A stretch of DNA of 64,000 nt from Calditrichales bacterium (GTDB taxonomy: Bacteria; Calditrichota; Calditrichia; Calditrichales; J004), in assembly GCA_965267575.1 (NCBI GenBank), contig OZ254086.1:4064001-4128000 (forward strand), given 5' to 3'. Shown piece after piece: positions 39,210 to 50,060 of the stretch (within the stretch, counting starts at the first letter, position 1; every line of letters begins with the position of its first letter). The position numbers and the translations under genes were made by a program. Below the pieces are notes generated by a model. The model did no database searches. It worked only from the letters and a program-made list of their open reading frames with translations, and had not been told where the DNA came from.

Positions 39210-41945
39210 TTACTCGTGCGCTTCCAGCCAGTTGTCGCCCCAGCCGCAATCCACCACCAGCGGCACGCGCAGCTCAAACGCCGATGACATAATATGGCGT
39301 ACCTTTTCGGAGAAGGAGTGTATCTCGTCTTTGTGTACTTCGAATACCAGCTCATCGTGCACCTGCAGCAGCATGGCCGCGCGCGCCTTTTCCTTTTGGA
39401 TGTAATCGTGCACATCGATCATCGCTTTTTTAATCAGGTCGGCGGCGGAACCCTGGATGGGCGTGTTGATGGCCGTGCGTTCGGCGAATTCACGGATGTT
39501 GCGGTTGCGGCTGTGGATTTCGCCCAGGTAGCGGCGACGTCTCAGCATGGTTTCCACATAGCCTTTGTCCTTGGCCATCTCAATCGCGCCGCGCATAAAA
39601 AGCTGGATGTTGGGATAGGTGGCAAAATAGTTGGCGATAAACAGTTCCGCTTCATCGGGCGTGATGTGCAGGCGGTTGGCCAGTCCCCACTTGTTCATGC
39701 CGTACATAATGCCAAAGTTGATCTCTTTGGCTTTGCGGCGGTGGTCGCCGGTCACCTCGTCTATATCAATGTCAAAAATCAGCGCCGCGGTGATGGCGTG
39801 GATGTCTTTGTCACCTTTTTTAAAGCCCTCAATCAGCGTTTCGTCACGCGACAAGTGGGCCATAATGCGCAACTCCACTTGCGAGTAGTCGGCGCTCAGG
39901 ATGACGTAATCGTCACGCGAGGGGATAAAGGCTTTGCGGATAGCGCGGCCCAGCTCGGTGCGGATGGGGATATTCTGCAGGTTGGGATTGGCACTGCTCA
40001 GCCGTCCGGTAGCGGCCACGGTCTGGTTAAAGCTGGTATGGATGCGTTCTGTTTTCGGATTCAGCAGGTTTGGGAAAGCATCAATGTAGGTATTCTTCAG
40101 TTTGGTCAGTTTGCGGAAATGCAGGATCTTGGCAATCGCCGGATGCTCCGAGTAGCGTTCCAGGATCTGCTCCGAGGTGCTGATTTGTCCGCTCTTCGTG
40201 CGCTTGGGCCGGCGCAACCCCAGGTCCTCGTGAATTTTCAGCTTCTCAAACAAAATCGTGCCCAACTGCTGCGGCGAACTTATATTGAACTCCTCACCGC
40301 CAATCTCGTGGATTTCCTTCTGCAGCCGTTCGGCCTCATCGCCCATCTCGGCGGAAAGTTTTTCAAGCAGATCCAGATCCACCTTGATGCCGTGGGTTTC
40401 CATGGTCATCAGCACTTCCACCAGCGGCATTTCCAGCTTGTACATCAGGTCATCCTGGCCGTTTTCCTGGATTTTCTTTTCCAGGATTTCAGCAATCTGC
40501 AGCGTGATGTCGGCATCTTCGGCAGCATAGTTCAGCACGTCGGCGGCAGGGATGTCGGTCATTTTTTTCTGATTGCGTCCGCTGCCGATCAGCTCTTCAA
40601 TCGGTATCATGCGGTAGGCCATGTACTTCTCGGCCAGGTGCCCCAAGTTGTGCTGACGGTTGGAGGGATCAATCACATACGAGGCGACCATGGTGTCAAA
40701 ATAGAGATGGTCTATTTCCAGGCCCTGGCGCCGCAAAATGGCCGTGTCATACTTCAGGTTCTGACCAATCTTTTTGATGTCTTTGTTTTTAAAAAGCGGC
40801 TGCAGAATTTTAAAGACCGTCTCCTGGTCCAGTTTTATATCGGGATGATTCAGCGGGATGTAGCAGGCCTTCCCCGCCTCCCAGCTCAGCGCTATCCCGG
40901 CCAGTTCCGCGCTGATCTCATCCAGCGTGTCCGTCTCGATATCATAAACGAATCGGCCGGCTTTTTTGATCTTGCCGGCCACATCTTGCAGCGTCTCGCG
41001 CTCTTCAACAAGAACATACTTGCTATCGCTGCTTTCAATATCTTGAAGATCATCAGCCGGTGCCTCTTTATCTTCAGAGAGGGCCAGCATGCGGTTAAAC
41101 AGCGAACGGAATTCCAGCTCGCGCAAAAGCTTGTCGGCCACCTTCATATCCCATACATCAAAGGTGATCTCGTCCAGCTTCACCTCGATGGGCACATCGG
41201 TTTTTATAGTGGTCAGCTCACGCGAGACAAAGGCCTGCTCCTTGTTTTCCTTCAGATTCTCCTGCAGCTTGCCCTTCACCTCATCGATGTTGTCGTAGAT
41301 TTTTTCCAACGACTCAAAATCTTCAAGCAGCTTAGCCGCGGTTTTCTGACCCACCTTGGGCACGCCGGGGATGTTGTCGGAGCTGTCGCCCATCAGCGCC
41401 AGCCAATCGCGTATCTGCGATGGTTTTACACCATATTTCTCACTCACCTTTTCGGCGTCCAGTATATCCGGGGGATTGCCCGACTTGCCGCTGGCGTAAA
41501 GATAGACATTGCCATTTACCAGCTGCGCCATATCCTTGTCCCCGGAAACGATATAGGCATTGAGATCATCATCGGCAAAGCGCACGGCCAGCGTCCCGAT
41601 AATATCATCGGCCTCATAGCCATCCAGTTCCAAAAGGTGAAAATTGAGCGCTTTCAGTGTGTTGACCAGCCGCGGATATTGGGCGCGCATCTCATCGGGC
41701 ATCTTTTCACGGGTGGCCTTGTAATCGGCATACATCTTGTGACGGAAGGTTGGTTCGCTGGTATCAAAAACGATCGCCACATACTCCGGATGTTCGTCTT
41801 CAAGCAGCTTGAGCATAGTATTTAAAAAGCCAAACGTAGCCGAAGTATTTTCGCCCTTGGAGTTGATAAGAGGGTTGCGGATAAAGGCAAAATAGCTGCG
41901 GTAGTACAACGCCGAGCCATCGATGAGAAAAAGTTTTTTGGACAT
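39210..41945 (-). CDS. polA: DNA polymerase I
   Basis: LIDG, YEADD 5'-3' exonuclease; YDIET/NLKYD/YAAED 3'-5' exonuclease; TGRLSS.NPNLQNIP, DYSQVELR, KEINFG..YG, QVHDEL. Confidence 0.98.
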   Translation of the reverse strand: MSKKLFLIDGSALYYRSYFAFIRNPLINSKGENTSATFGFLNTMLKLLEDEHPEYVAIVFDTSEPTFRHKMYADYKATREKMPDEMRAQYPRLVNTLKALNFHLLELDGYEADDIIGTLAVRFADDDLNAYIVSGDKDMAQLVNGNVYLYASGKSGNPPDILDAEKVSEKYGVKPSQIRDWLALMGDSSDNIPGVPKVGQKTAAKLLEDFESLEKIYDNIDEVKGKLQENLKENKEQAFVSRELTTIKTDVPIEVKLDEITFDVWDMKVADKLLRELEFRSLFNRMLALSEDKEAPADDLQDIESSDSKYVLVEERETLQDVAGKIKKAGRFVYDIETDTLDEISAELAGIALSWEAGKACYIPLNHPDIKLDQETVFKILQPLFKNKDIKKIGQNLKYDTAILRRQGLEIDHLYFDTMVASYVIDPSNRQHNLGHLAEKYMAYRMIPIEELIGSGRNQKKMTDIPAADVLNYAAEDADITLQIAEILEKKIQENGQDDLMYKLEMPLVEVLMTMETHGIKVDLDLLEKLSAEMGDEAERLQKEIHEIGGEEFNISSPQQLGTILFEKLKIHEDLGLRRPKRTKSGQISTSEQILERYSEHPAIAKILHFRKLTKLKNTYIDAFPNLLNPKTERIHTSFNQTVAATGRLSSANPNLQNIPIRTELGRAIRKAFIPSRDDYVILSADYSQVELRIMAHLSRDETLIEGFKKGDKDIHAITAALIFDIDIDEVTGDHRRKAKEINFGIMYGMNKWGLANRLHITPDEAELFIANYFATYPNIQLFMRGAIEMAKDKGYVETMLRRRRYLGEIHSRNRNIREFAERTAINTPIQGSAADLIKKAMIDVHDYIQKEKARAAMLLQVHDELVFEVHKDEIHSFSEKVRHIMSSAFELRVPLVVDCGWGDNWLEAHE

Positions 41946-41949
41946 GGTC

Positions 41950-42070
41950 GAGTGTGTGTTAAGGTGTTATGTTAGTATTTTAAAGTGCTAATGTGCAAGA
42001 CTTCGCGAACCGTCATCCCGGCCCGGCAGCGACACAGATCCCGGTGTGGCTAAGCGCCAACCGGGATGAC
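41950..42070. repeat. 8-mer (gtgttaag-like) array plus REP-like inverted repeat GTCATCCCGG...CCGGGATGAC
   Basis: Perfect 10-bp inverted repeat at 42012-42021 / 42061-42070. Confidence 0.7.
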
Positions 42071-42092
42071 AGCTTGCTCCCCAATTCTCAAT

Positions 42093-44453
42093 TCACTTCA
42101 GGGCAACTACCGTGACGCCGGTGTCACCCTCCCCGTAGCCGCCCAAGCGGAAATCCTTGATCTGCTTGTTTTTCTTCAGGTAGCCGTGCACCGCTTTGCG
42201 CAACGCCCCAGTACCCTTACCGTGGATGATGGTCACTTCCTTCCACTCGCTGTGGCGCGCCATATCCAGGTAGCGGTCCAGTTCGTCAAGGGCTTCGTGG
42301 CTTTCCAGCCCGCGCAGGTCCAGTTCGTTGCTCACGTTGGCTGGGACATGCACACTCGTTGAAGGCGCTTTTTCGCGGATCACCTTGCCGTGTTCATCCA
42401 GTATCTCAATGTCATCCATGTCGACACTAATCTTAATGCCGTCGCGGTCAATTTCAACTTCGTTTTTGCCTTTAAAAACCTTACTCACAATTCCAATGAT
42501 ATTAAAAGTTACGGCACGCACACGCTGCCCCTCTTTTACTTCATCAATGGAGACGGTAGCCGCCGGCTTGCGGGCAGATTCGCCGTTATCCTGCAAGCTC
42601 TGCTTATGGCCGGCCAGTTCACGGCGCGCCTTGCGCACGGCATTTTTATCAGCCTGGCTTTCCTTTATTGTGCGGATTGTATTTTCGATTTTGCGGTTGG
42701 CGTTTTCGATGATTGCCGCGGCTTTTTCTTTGGCATCGCGCTCCGCGGTGCGCTCTTTCTTTTTCATCTCGGAGACACGGCTGTTATAGAGCTTTATCAG
42801 TGAATCCAGCTCGCTCTGGCGGGTGCTGATCTTACCAACCATTTCATGATAGTAAGCGCTCTTACGCGTAATGTCACGCAGCAGGCGATCGATCTCCTGG
42901 TTGGTGTGGCCTTCCAGTTCCCGGGAGCGTTCAATAATTTCCCGGTCCAGCCCAAAACGTCCGCAAATATCGAATGTAAAGCTGCTGCCCGGCACACCCG
43001 TTTCCAGGATGAACAAAGGTTCCAGCTTATCGATGTCATACTGCATGGCGCCGTTTTCCACCATCTCCTTTTCCGAAGCAAAAAGCTTCAGCTGGTTCTG
43101 GTGCGTGGAGACAAGCGTGCAGATGCCGGGAAGATTGAGCTTTTCCAGTATGGCGATCGCCAACGCCGCCCCGCTCGAAGGTTCTGTCCCGATGCCTATC
43201 TCGTCGATCAGCACAAGCGCCCGCTCACCCACATTTTCCAGGATGTTTTTCAACCCTTCGATGTGCGAGGAAAAGGTGCTCAGGTCGTTTTCAAGCGACT
43301 GCTTATCACCAATCTGCACAAAAACCTGTTCGCATACGGGAAACCGCGAGCCCTCTTCAACCGGTAAAGGAATCGCGCACTGCAGCATAAGTTGCAACAG
43401 GCCAACGGTTTTTAGAGCGACCGTCTTACCGCCCGCGTTTGGCCCGCTGATGATCAGCATGCGGAAATCGTCTCCCAGTTTTATGTTTAGGGGGACCGTT
43501 ACTTTTTCGCCGAGCCTTTTTAGCAGCAAGGGGTGCCGCGCCATGCGGATATCCCATTTCAATTCATCGTCGATTTCCGGCAGAATTGCCTTGATCTCAT
43601 GGGCGTAGACGGCGCGGGCGTTAAGGCTGTCCAGCTCGGTAAGAATGTGCAGGTTACGAATAAGGCTGTGCTTCTCCTCGCGAAACATATCGGCCAGACG
43701 CTTGAGTATTTTAATGATCTCACGCCGCTCTTCAATCATCAGGTCCGCTATCTGGTTGTTCAGCTCCACCACGGCCATCGGTTCCACGTATTTAGTGGCG
43801 CCACTGCCGGACTGGCCATGGACAATGCCCGGTACCTTATTCACCGAAAATTCGCGCACGGGCAGAACCAGCCGCCCCTCGCGCAGGGTTATAAAATCCT
43901 CCTGCAAGTGTTCTTTAAATTTTGTACTGACATGGTCCAGCTTTTTATGCACCTGTTCGCGAAGCTGGTTAAGGCTACGGCGGATAGCTTTCAGCGTGCT
44001 GCTGGCGTTGTCAAAAATCTGCCCCGAGGGCTCAATCGTATACTGCAGTTGCGACAGCATACGGTTATGCGGTTCCAATGACTGGACAAGCTCCTTAAGC
44101 GCCGGGTATTTTTCGCCAATGGCTTTTATATAGGCATTTACGTCAGAGCAGACCTCAAGAAAACCCTGCATCTGTTGGCACTCTTTTATTTCCAGGAAGC
44201 TGCCCTGGGGTTCAATCTTGTTTAACAGAATGCGGATGTCATAAAAAGACTTTAGTGGCAGGCGCACCTCCACATCGAGGGCTCGCAGCATCTGTTCAAC
44301 GCGTACAAGCTCAAAGCGCAGCGTATCCACCTTTGTAAAGGGTTCAAGACTGAAGATTCTCTCACGCCCTAATTCAGATGCCGCTTTTTCGGCTATATGA
44401 TGAAGAACGGAATTAAATCCGAGGTTTTCTTTAGCTAAATGAAAATTAAACAT
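42093..44453 (-). CDS. mutS2: MutS2 (Smr-domain ATPase)
   Basis: GPNAGGKT, LSTFSSH, DEIG.GT, C-terminal Smr LDLRG...IHGKGTGAL. Confidence 0.95.
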   Translation of the reverse strand: MFNFHLAKENLGFNSVLHHIAEKAASELGRERIFSLEPFTKVDTLRFELVRVEQMLRALDVEVRLPLKSFYDIRILLNKIEPQGSFLEIKECQQMQGFLEVCSDVNAYIKAIGEKYPALKELVQSLEPHNRMLSQLQYTIEPSGQIFDNASSTLKAIRRSLNQLREQVHKKLDHVSTKFKEHLQEDFITLREGRLVLPVREFSVNKVPGIVHGQSGSGATKYVEPMAVVELNNQIADLMIEERREIIKILKRLADMFREEKHSLIRNLHILTELDSLNARAVYAHEIKAILPEIDDELKWDIRMARHPLLLKRLGEKVTVPLNIKLGDDFRMLIISGPNAGGKTVALKTVGLLQLMLQCAIPLPVEEGSRFPVCEQVFVQIGDKQSLENDLSTFSSHIEGLKNILENVGERALVLIDEIGIGTEPSSGAALAIAILEKLNLPGICTLVSTHQNQLKLFASEKEMVENGAMQYDIDKLEPLFILETGVPGSSFTFDICGRFGLDREIIERSRELEGHTNQEIDRLLRDITRKSAYYHEMVGKISTRQSELDSLIKLYNSRVSEMKKKERTAERDAKEKAAAIIENANRKIENTIRTIKESQADKNAVRKARRELAGHKQSLQDNGESARKPAATVSIDEVKEGQRVRAVTFNIIGIVSKVFKGKNEVEIDRDGIKISVDMDDIEILDEHGKVIREKAPSTSVHVPANVSNELDLRGLESHEALDELDRYLDMARHSEWKEVTIIHGKGTGALRKAVHGYLKKNKQIKDFRLGGYGEGDTGVTVVALK

Positions 44454-44459
44454 AATATT

Positions 44460-45023
44460 CTATTTGGGTAACAGATCTCTTGCTTTTTCCGCGGATACGC
44501 TGTCCAGGTCCGGCATTATCTTTTCAAAACTATCCTCACCGGAAGATAAAAAAGTATCATAAATGAATGGCGCAAAACCGCGGACGGGTTTATATATGCG
44601 GCTCTCTTCCCTGCCAACGGCATTAAGCGCCGTCGTGCCACCGGGAATAAACTCAATAACAATAATCAAAATGCTTAAAAAAAGGGCGGTTTTTATAAAG
44701 GCGAATACGGAACCGGCCACCTTATTAACAGGCTGCAAGAAGGTAAACGTGGCTACCTTATTCAGAACAGAGGCGAGAATACGGAAGAATACATTCACCC
44801 CAATAAAAATGGCGACGAAAGCTATTACTTTAGCTGCCGCCGCCGGCAAAGATTCAAAACTGGCTACAAGGTACCCTTCCAGCTGGGCGTGAAACAGTGT
44901 GGCAGTGATAAAGCCCATTACCAGGGCTACCAAAACCATCAACTCTGTTATAAGCCCCCGGAAAAGTCCGCGTATTGTAATGATTGCTATAACGGTTAGA
45001 AAAAATACATCAAGATAATTCAT
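44460..45023 (-). CDS. cvpA: CvpA family membrane protein
   Basis: MNYLD...GLFRGLITE, 4 TM helices; upstream of mutS2 as is common. Confidence 0.8.
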   Translation of the reverse strand: MNYLDVFFLTVIAIITIRGLFRGLITELMVLVALVMGFITATLFHAQLEGYLVASFESLPAAAAKVIAFVAIFIGVNVFFRILASVLNKVATFTFLQPVNKVAGSVFAFIKTALFLSILIIVIEFIPGGTTALNAVGREESRIYKPVRGFAPFIYDTFLSSGEDSFEKIMPDLDSVSAEKARDLLPK

Positions 45024-45472
45024 TATTCGCCCGAAAGCAGGGCGCGCGCTATTTGCTGAACTTTCTTTCCGTCGGCCTTACCTTTAAGGCGCCCCATGGC
45101 AGGCCCCATTACCTTGCCGATGTCCTTCATATCGGAAGCGCCGCTTTGCGCGATAATCCCGGAGACGATCTTTTTTATTTCCTCATCACTCATCTGTTCG
45201 GGCAGATAGCTTTGCAGTACATCCATTTCGAACTGCTCTTTTTCAGCAAGATCGTTTCTGCCCGCGTTCTTATACATCTCAAGCGACTCTTTACGGCTCT
45301 TCACGCCGCGCATCAAGACCGTAATTATATCCTCATCCTTAAGATCACGCTGCAATTTAATGCGCTCATCCTTTACCTGCGCGAGAGTCGTGCGCAAAAC
45401 GTTGAGCTTGTCCTTCTCCCCTGCCTTTAACGCCGCTTTCATATCGGCATTCAGTTTTTCGTGTAAAGACAT
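45023..45472 (-). CDS. yqeY: GatB/YqeY domain protein
   Basis: DMKAALKA, YLPEQMS, KDIGKVMG, GKADGK; follows rpsU. Confidence 0.92.
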   Translation of the reverse strand: MSLHEKLNADMKAALKAGEKDKLNVLRTTLAQVKDERIKLQRDLKDEDIITVLMRGVKSRKESLEMYKNAGRNDLAEKEQFEMDVLQSYLPEQMSDEEIKKIVSGIIAQSGASDMKDIGKVMGPAMGRLKGKADGKKVQQIARALLSGE

Positions 45473-45486
45473 TTTTTACACCTGCT

Positions 45487-45672
45487 TTATCCGGCAAAGC
45501 GTGCGGATCTGCGCCGTGCCTGATTCATGCGTCGTTTACGTTCGTCACTCGGCTTTTCGTATCTCTGGTGTTTGCGGAACTCGGAAAGAATTCCGGCTTT
45601 TTCTGTTTCGCGCTTAAAACGGCGCATCATCTTTTCAAATGGTTCATTCTGGCGAACCTTTACCATGATCAT
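45487..45672 (-). CDS. rpsU: 30S ribosomal protein S21
   Basis: [12 protein letters not shown]...YEKPS. Confidence 0.92.
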   Translation of the reverse strand: MIMVKVRQNEPFEKMMRRFKRETEKAGILSEFRKHQRYEKPSDERKRRMNQARRRSARFAG

Positions 45673-45689
45673 CTTTATACCATTGCTCC

Positions 45690-46559
45690 TTAGTAGGCGT
45701 ATTTTTCGGGGTTTTTCAATATATCAATTTCATATTCTGCCGGCTGCTTCCAGTTACGGTCACTGGCAGCAAGCGAAAAATGCTTGATCGCTTTCTGGGT
45801 TTGTCCCTGGTTTTTATATACTTCTCCAAGATAGAAGTTGGAGGCTGCCTTAATGCTGCTCTTGCGCGTCAGGTTTATCGCGTTTTGAAGGGCTTCTTCG
45901 GCTTTGTTAAAGGATTTGGCGCTTACAAGCGCTTTACCCAGCCGATAATAATAGCTTCCTTTAACAGTGCTGCGGCGTTCGGTATCAACAGCCTTACCAA
46001 ATGCGTTTACCGCTTGCTGAAAATCGCGTTCCGCCTCATAGGCCAATCCAAGCAGGTTCCAGGCGAATGAGTAATCCGGGTCTGCTTCTACCGCGCCCTT
46101 AAGATACTTAATGGCCTGAGTGTATTTTTTCTGGTCCAGATAAACTTTACCAAGACCATAGTTTGCTTTTGCCGAAGAGGGATTAAAACCAAGTACGGCA
46201 CTGTATGTGTTAATGGCATCCGACTGCTTACCCATACTGTCCTGAAGCTTACCCAGGGCTATATAGGCTTTTTCAAACTTGCTGTCCAGCTGGATGGCCT
46301 TTTTGTAGGCGGCTTCGGCATCTTCGTAACTGCCGGTTTTGCTGTAGCAATAGGCAAGCATATAATTTGCTTCCGGAAAATTGTCATCCGCGGCGATGGC
46401 TGCCTTATATTTTTCTATTGCACCGCTAAAATCTTTATTCCGCACCAGGTTATTGCCTTCGTTATAGGCCTGACCTGCCTCGGGCTTTTTTGCGTCAGCA
46501 TCCTGAGCGAGGGCCCAGGCAAACATAATCATCAACATTAAAACAGCGCGTTTAAACAT
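45690..46559 (-). CDS. Exported tetratricopeptide-repeat protein
   Basis: Signal peptide; multiple TPR units (A..Y.KAI...P/S). Confidence 0.85.
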   Translation of the reverse strand: MFKRAVLMLMIMFAWALAQDADAKKPEAGQAYNEGNNLVRNKDFSGAIEKYKAAIAADDNFPEANYMLAYCYSKTGSYEDAEAAYKKAIQLDSKFEKAYIALGKLQDSMGKQSDAINTYSAVLGFNPSSAKANYGLGKVYLDQKKYTQAIKYLKGAVEADPDYSFAWNLLGLAYEAERDFQQAVNAFGKAVDTERRSTVKGSYYYRLGKALVSAKSFNKAEEALQNAINLTRKSSIKAASNFYLGEVYKNQGQTQKAIKHFSLAASDRNWKQPAEYEIDILKNPEKYAY

Positions 46560-46707
46560 AGCGTACCTCCTGCTTGGAATTATCTTGAAAAAGCTTTTAA
46601 TTTAAAATTGTCTTGTTACTTGAGCAAATCAGATTTTAAAACGAAACAATAAAATTTTCGTGTTTAGCATCAATTTTTGCAAGATCGGATTTATAACCTG
46701 TATAATT

Positions 46708-47430
46708 TTACTCTTGTTCCTCTATCTTGCGCATTTTTTTGGCAATATTTTCTTCGATGGCAAACATCGCGTTGGGTATATCCACGTAGTTCGTTGTCTT
46801 TATTTCCATATTCTTTACAAAGCTCTCAAGCTCCTCCAGAACATAGGATATCTTCTGAGTCTCTTTCAGGCTCACTTTTATCAAACGGTTGATCTTATTC
46901 GCGTCACCCGGAAATTGTTCCGCCAGTTGAGCATAGCCGGAGATGGTTGTTGTGGAATTATTTATATAATGAGCCAGGGTTGTCAACAACTGCCGTAATG
47001 TTTCCACACGCGTTGACAGCGCTTGCTGCTGCTCCTTTTTGCGGGCCAGTGTTTCTTCTTCTATATGCCTTTCATGGACGCGGCGCACTATCTGCGGCAA
47101 CATGTTTATAATATGCGGCGATTTCTCCAGAAAGTCGTTGGCCCCCTCTTTCAGCGTCTCAATCGCGATTTTCATATCCTTTTGAGCTGTCACGATAATA
47201 ACCGGGATGTTGTGCTCCTGACGGATTTTAGCCAGCACTTCAGAGCCGCTTCCATCAGGCAGGTTGAAGTCCAGCAAAACTACATTGTATTCTGAAATAT
47301 CGAGAGATGACAAGGCTTCCACAGATTCTGCAATATCCACTTCGCACTTAAGTTCATCTTTTAAAATATCAGATTCCAGGAACGCAAAATCTTCATCATC
47401 TTCTACAATCAAAACTTTTATATCCGGCAT
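46708..47430 (-). CDS. Response regulator receiver fused to a HisKA-like helix (no ATPase domain)
   Basis: VEDD, LLDFNLPD, IIVT, FLEK; C-terminal LAHYINNS. Confidence 0.8.
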   Translation of the reverse strand: MPDIKVLIVEDDEDFAFLESDILKDELKCEVDIAESVEALSSLDISEYNVVLLDFNLPDGSGSEVLAKIRQEHNIPVIIVTAQKDMKIAIETLKEGANDFLEKSPHIINMLPQIVRRVHERHIEEETLARKKEQQQALSTRVETLRQLLTTLAHYINNSTTTISGYAQLAEQFPGDANKINRLIKVSLKETQKISYVLEELESFVKNMEIKTTNYVDIPNAMFAIEENIAKKMRKIEEQE

Positions 47431-47446
47431 ATATTCCTAACCTGGT

Positions 47447-49477
47447 TTATGCAGATTCGGCCTTACGAAAGCGCAGGTAAAATACAGTACCTTTATTGAT
47501 TTTAGTATCAAAATATATTTCTCCGCCGAGTTTGCCCATCATGTTTTTTACAAGAGCAAGCCCCAAGCCCTTGCCGCTTGTCTCGCTCGCCTGTTCACTT
47601 TTACCGCGGGTATAGTAATCAAAAATTGTCTGCTGACTCTCACTGGGGATACCTTTGCCGTTATCAGCTATCAAAAATGTAATAAAATTTTCTTCTACTC
47701 TGTGGCTAATCTCAATCTTATTGCTTTTGCGTCCTTCAGGCAGATATTTGCTGGCGTTATCGATAAGGTTTAAAAAGATATGTTTTACGAAAGCTTCGAT
47801 GGCCATTATATCCGGCAAGTTTTCTTCTATATCCACCGTAATATTTTTATTCCTCAATTCAAAGCTAAGCTCTTCAACGATCGTATCGATCAAACGCGTC
47901 ATATCGATTTTTTCATTCGCGGCACTCTTTTCGCTGGAGCGCAGGCTGGTCAGTATTTTGTCTATCATTTCCAGCTCGTTTACCACGTTTTTGCGGATGC
48001 GCTGCAATCTCTCATTCAGGTCACTTTCCATCTTATCGTATTTGCGCTGTATGGAATCAATCAGTCCGATAACGTTTCTGAGCGGTGCGTTGAGGTCGTG
48101 GGAGATCACTTTGAGCATGGTGTCTTTTTCTTCATTGGCTTCTTCCAGAAAAGCATTTGTCATACGCAGTTCGGCGGTGCGCTGGCTAACATTGCGCTCC
48201 AGGTTGGAAACAACTTCCAGGTTTTCCAGATGCAGGGCCACAGTATTGGTCAGCAAAACCATCTTCTCCAGTTCCGAATGGGTAATTTCCACGTTCACGC
48301 CCGGCTTTCCGACCATGAGAAATCCAAAGATCTTATTGGATGTACTGACCGGAACCGCGGCATACTGGCCGGAAAGATTGAGGTCCTGCAAAATATCATC
48401 AAAGGGCAGGTTTTCAACAACAAGGGGATTGGACTCCACCATATTCTTGAATAAATAATTATGGTAGTTAATCACATAGCTTTTCAGCTTATAATTGAGC
48501 TTGCGGTTTAAAATCGTCATCCCTTTCAGGTGTCCCCCGCTGAAGATAAACCGACCCGATTCGAACTTAAACATCAGGCTGACCGGAAAGCCGAAGCGGG
48601 CAATGATTTCCTTGTTCAGGTTGGCAAGGATCATATCGCCGGATTTTTCATTGCGCAGGTCGCTAAGGTACATACCGATGTTCGACACGATTTCCAGCTC
48701 ACGCTCCAGCGATTCCTGATATTGCTTAGCCTCTTTTTTGTAGCGTGTAAGCATATTGGGCAAAGCGTGCACCTGCTCGCGAAAAGCAGCCATTTTACCC
48801 GCCGCTTTTTCCAGGTATTCATTCAGCAATCTGAATTCGAAAGTATTGTTGGTTTCGTACGTAAAATTTTCCTGTCCAAGCGATAGCAGACGCAGATTGT
48901 TCATTGATCTTTTAAGCGGGACCAGAATGACGCGATCAAAAAACATAATCGAAACATAAATGAACAGACCGGAAAAAATTAAAACAAACAGGGCCACATA
49001 GCGGGCTTCGGCCTCTTTTTCCAGAATCGGAGAAGCGTCCGTTCCAATCCAGAGTTCCATCCGCTCCGGGTAGTTAAGAGGCTGCAGATCGAAATAAAGG
49101 GGCAGAACTTTTTCCTGCTCAATCTCACTTATCGTTCCCGCGGGCAGCTTTTTAATTTCTTCAAGAAAGTAAAGCGTCCCCCTGTTCACAAAACTGCCAC
49201 TGGCATAGTTGCCGGCAACATATTTCAAATTAAATACCGGCCCGATTTTGGCTACCAACTGTTCTTTTACGTGCTCAGGGTTTTCGAAGTCAGCCTGCAT
49301 CAGCGCCGCCTCTACCAGACCAAGCAACTCCTTTTTATAGTTTTTCTTTTCCGAGGTGAGCACATAGCGTGGATAAAGAAAAAAAACGGCACAATTGAGA
49401 AGCAGGTAAAGGCCAAGCGTAAAGCCGATAAACTTTGTCCGTACCGAAGCATATTTTATGAAGCGAATCAGTTTCAT
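47447..49477 (-). CDS. Membrane sensor histidine kinase (2 TM, GAF-like, HisKA, HATPase)
   Basis: SHDLNAPL, NLIDNASKY, DNGKGI, GKGLGL. Confidence 0.9.
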   Translation of the reverse strand: MKLIRFIKYASVRTKFIGFTLGLYLLLNCAVFFLYPRYVLTSEKKNYKKELLGLVEAALMQADFENPEHVKEQLVAKIGPVFNLKYVAGNYASGSFVNRGTLYFLEEIKKLPAGTISEIEQEKVLPLYFDLQPLNYPERMELWIGTDASPILEKEAEARYVALFVLIFSGLFIYVSIMFFDRVILVPLKRSMNNLRLLSLGQENFTYETNNTFEFRLLNEYLEKAAGKMAAFREQVHALPNMLTRYKKEAKQYQESLERELEIVSNIGMYLSDLRNEKSGDMILANLNKEIIARFGFPVSLMFKFESGRFIFSGGHLKGMTILNRKLNYKLKSYVINYHNYLFKNMVESNPLVVENLPFDDILQDLNLSGQYAAVPVSTSNKIFGFLMVGKPGVNVEITHSELEKMVLLTNTVALHLENLEVVSNLERNVSQRTAELRMTNAFLEEANEEKDTMLKVISHDLNAPLRNVIGLIDSIQRKYDKMESDLNERLQRIRKNVVNELEMIDKILTSLRSSEKSAANEKIDMTRLIDTIVEELSFELRNKNITVDIEENLPDIMAIEAFVKHIFLNLIDNASKYLPEGRKSNKIEISHRVEENFITFLIADNGKGIPSESQQTIFDYYTRGKSEQASETSGKGLGLALVKNMMGKLGGEIYFDTKINKGTVFYLRFRKAESA

Positions 49478-49496
49478 GATCTGGCGCTAAAGTGAG

Positions 49497-50060
49497 CTAC
49501 TTGGCCCGCTCCAGGTATTTATTCTCCCTTGTGTCTATGCGCAGAATCTCGCCTTCCTCGATAAACTGCGGCACCTGTACAATAAGCCCCGTCTCCATAG
49601 TGGCCGGTTTGTACGAAGACGTTACCGTGGCGGTTTTAAGATACGGGGTTGTTTCCACCACCTTCAGTTCAACCGTTGCCGGCAGTTCAATGCCAATAGC
49701 GCGTCCCTCATAGAAGCTTACATCACACACTTCGTTGGGTAAAAGAAAATAGTGCGAATCACCCAGCATCTCTTCGGAAATCGGTATTTGTTCAAATGTT
49801 TCCTGATCCATAAAAACGTAACTTTCGCCGTCCTTATAAAGGTATTCCATCTTGCGATTGTCCAGGTGAGCCTTTTCAACATCTTCGCCGGAACGGAAGC
49901 GTTGTTCGGCATTGGTTCCGGTCTGCAGGTTTTTCATTTTTGTCTGAACTACCGCCTGGCCTTTTCCGGGCGTAATATGCATCATTTCGGTCACGACGTG
50001 CAGTTCGTTGTTGTATAAAAGAATCATTCCTTTTCTAATTTGGTTTGCTTTGATCTTCAT
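49497..50060 (-). CDS. efp: Elongation factor P
   Basis: HITPGKGQAVV, YLYKDG, FMDQETFEQ, KPATMETG, VPQFI. Confidence 0.95.
   Translation of the reverse strand: MKIKANQIRKGMILLYNNELHVVTEMMHITPGKGQAVVQTKMKNLQTGTNAEQRFRSGEDVEKAHLDNRKMEYLYKDGESYVFMDQETFEQIPISEEMLGDSHYFLLPNEVCDVSFYEGRAIGIELPATVELKVVETTPYLKTATVTSSYKPATMETGLIVQVPQFIEEGEILRIDTRENKYLERAK

Noticed and set aside
39294..41825. 843-aa ORF antisense to polA
   Set aside because: It is a shadow frame of a strongly codon-biased gene with no recognisable motifs. The same applies to antisense ORFs over ppdK, fpg, the PQQ gene and the PKS
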